A stretch of DNA of 42,350 bases from Phoronis australis (lineage: Eukaryota > Animalia > Phoronida). The notes below the pieces were generated by a model that saw only the letters and a program-made list of their open reading frames with translations, did not search any database and had not been told where the DNA came from. The translations under genes and the position numbers were made by a program. Below are positions 40,571-42,350 of the stretch, one piece after another; position 1 is the stretch's first letter; the number at the start of each line of letters is the position of its first letter. The stretch spans positions 16,914 to 59,263 of the forward strand of contig NMRA01001077.1 of the NCBI GenBank assembly GCA_002633005.1. Direction: 5' to 3'.

Positions 40571-40803
40571 CTGGTGAGCAAAATATTTAAAGTGGGACTT
40601 AACTACAACATAGGAACCTTCAAAATTTGTATCATAGCAGTACAAGGTTCTACTACTTGACAAAACACCATAAGTGATATAACTGCTGAGATCACTACCT
40701 TCACGAGGAAAAGTTATCAATATAATAATATGAAACATGGGTTTGAGCAAAGTACCAGTATCCAGTAGGTGCACAATACTGCTATCCCTGGTGGAACCAG
40801 TCA
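40571..40803 (-). other. Candidate upstream exon (5' UTR or coding; link to the gene unproven)
   Basis: TTTTCAG|TG acceptor and CAG|GTGAGT donor around 233 nt of unique-looking sequence. The open frame ends in phase 0, which does not fit exon 1 (phase 1) directly. Confidence 0.35.
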
Positions 40804-40941
40804 CTGAAAACCGCAATAAATTGCACACCTCACAAGATGACAGTAATATGCATACAATAATTTGCTTTTCAAGATAACCATGTGGAAATGACAGGGTCAT
40901 TGCAGAACTTAGTAAAAAATCTGCATTTCAGCCTAAAAAAC

Positions 40942-41183
40942 AACCATTTTCAAAACCACATCAGGAGTCACTGAATAAAAATACTAAAAAAGACAATATG
41001 TAATTCACTTCATGGGATGCAAACAATAACTATCCTAAACTGAAAAGATCAGTCATCCAAGGAACCATTTTCAAAACCACACCAGGAGTCACTGAATAAA
41101 AATACTAAAAAAGACAATATGTAATTCACTTCATGGGATGCAAACAATAACTATCCTAAACTGAAAAGATCAGTCATCCAAGG
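40942..41183. repeat. 121-bp tandem duplication
   Basis: Copies start at 40942 and 41063; one mismatch seen. Confidence 0.95.
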
Positions 41184-41378
41184 CTTGAAGAATATTCAAA
41201 ATAGATACACTGGTTAAGCAACAAACTAGTAACAACAATAACGGACACATGTCGCAATAAATACATCCCTAGTTTTATTCACCTATTTCACGAAAGCTCC
41301 ATCTTCCCTCGCCATCTTTAAATACTGATCGAAAATGAGGCACACTGATAAAACCTCGTGAGTGATCATCAGCTGGCC

Positions 41379-41510
41379 ATGGTGTACTGTGCAGTGCCTG
41401 AACGTACCAATGCCAGTAATATCTCGTCGGTATCCTTCCCAGGGATATACTTAGCCACTCGCCCAGTCGCCAATGCGAGTAAAAATGGTGCTGGGCGAGT
41501 AGAAGTTGAC
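41379..41510 (+). pseudogene. Decayed THAP-like remnant
   Basis: MVYCAVPERTN..SVSFP (second Cys codon is CGT), then KWCWASR in another frame. Confidence 0.5.
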
Positions 41511-41562
41511 TTGCCGGTTGCCCGGTGGCGAGTGAATTTCAGAGCGCAAAAGCACTATGGAG

Positions 41563-41839
41563 TCCCAGATGAATATGAATAATTTTCCTCCTCCTTGTGC
41601 TGTTTTTATCATGAATTTAAGGTTCAGTTTGGTCATCGTGTCGATGCTCCGGCAGTAAAAAACATCGGCGCAGTGCGACCCTATCGATTCAAAAAGCACT
41701 ATATATCGTTTCCCAGATGAATATGAATAATTTTCCTCCTCCTTGTGCTGTTTTTATCATGAATTTAATGTTCAGTTTGGTCATCGTGTCGATGCTCCGG
41801 CAGTAAAAAACATCGGCGCAGTGCGACCCTATCGATTCA
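41563..41839. repeat. Tandem duplication, ~129-bp copies with 148-bp period
   Basis: Copies start at 41563 and 41711; one mismatch seen. Confidence 0.93.
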
Positions 41840-42039
41840 GTACATGTCACCCGTTGCGCGATTCGTCAAAAAAACAGTGTGTGGTCGTGCACAAAGAATT
41901 TGTGGACTAGTCCGAAACGAAGAAAAGGGGAGAAAGGTGGAAGACCGGTCCATGTGCTCATAGCTAATAAAATACCATATTTCTTGGAACTGATTTCTTA
42001 TTGTAATGTACAATGTCATTTTAGCCAAAATTATTTTTA

Positions 42040-42120
42040 TAACATTCGTCCTAACAAGCGCCCATGCCCCTATAAGCGCCCCCACTCGTTTTCAGACTTC
42101 GCTAAAATAAGCGCCCAGTC
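42040..42120 (+). mobile_element. Probable end of another pogo/Tc2-like element
   Basis: Three AAGCGCCC motifs like those in 14693-14880; partner end not in the window. Confidence 0.45.
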
Positions 42121-42350
42121 CATATATCAGTGCGAAAAATGTCTTACCTCACAGTTCTAAAATTCTACAGTAAATGTATTCAATTTAGCAATAATATCCG
42201 ACAGTTCTGAAAAATCATTGCGCGCGTAATTTCTAGTAGACCACGAGCCTCGCCGCTATGTCGGTATTTAGCTGTGGCTGTACACTTCAAACCATTCCGC
42301 AGTGCTTCAAAAAGAACGCAAAAGATTTGCTGATCTTGCGAGGAAAGTGT

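Overview
Animal (invertebrate-type) genomic DNA, not prokaryotic, with a 706-nt assembly gap at 37427-38132. One large spliced gene runs on the minus strand. I could chain 13 GT-AG exons from 33010 down to 1971 (3065 nt, about 1021 codons, frame continuous). They encode F-type lectin (FTP) - kringle - FTP - an unassigned ~160-aa domain - a divergent FN3-like module - four fibronectin type III repeats, the last one incomplete. The start codon and the 3' end are not resolved; the gene appears to continue past the left edge. It is probably a cell-surface receptor or adhesion protein. The introns are packed with mostly non-autonomous transposons: an internally deleted Gypsy LTR element, a 5'-truncated RTE LINE, a four-level DNA-transposon nest, two Harbinger elements, a deleted Kolobok-like element, Helentron-type elements carrying CTCF-like motifs, tRNA-like cassettes and THAP remnants. 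The most unusual signals concern splicing: tandem copies of an acceptor that each form a frame-preserving 21-nt candidate micro-exon, and a duplicated FN3 exon fragment that may use an acceptor supplied by an antisense LINE. All calls were made by eye, without database searches. I found no evidence of a prokaryote-style novel system.
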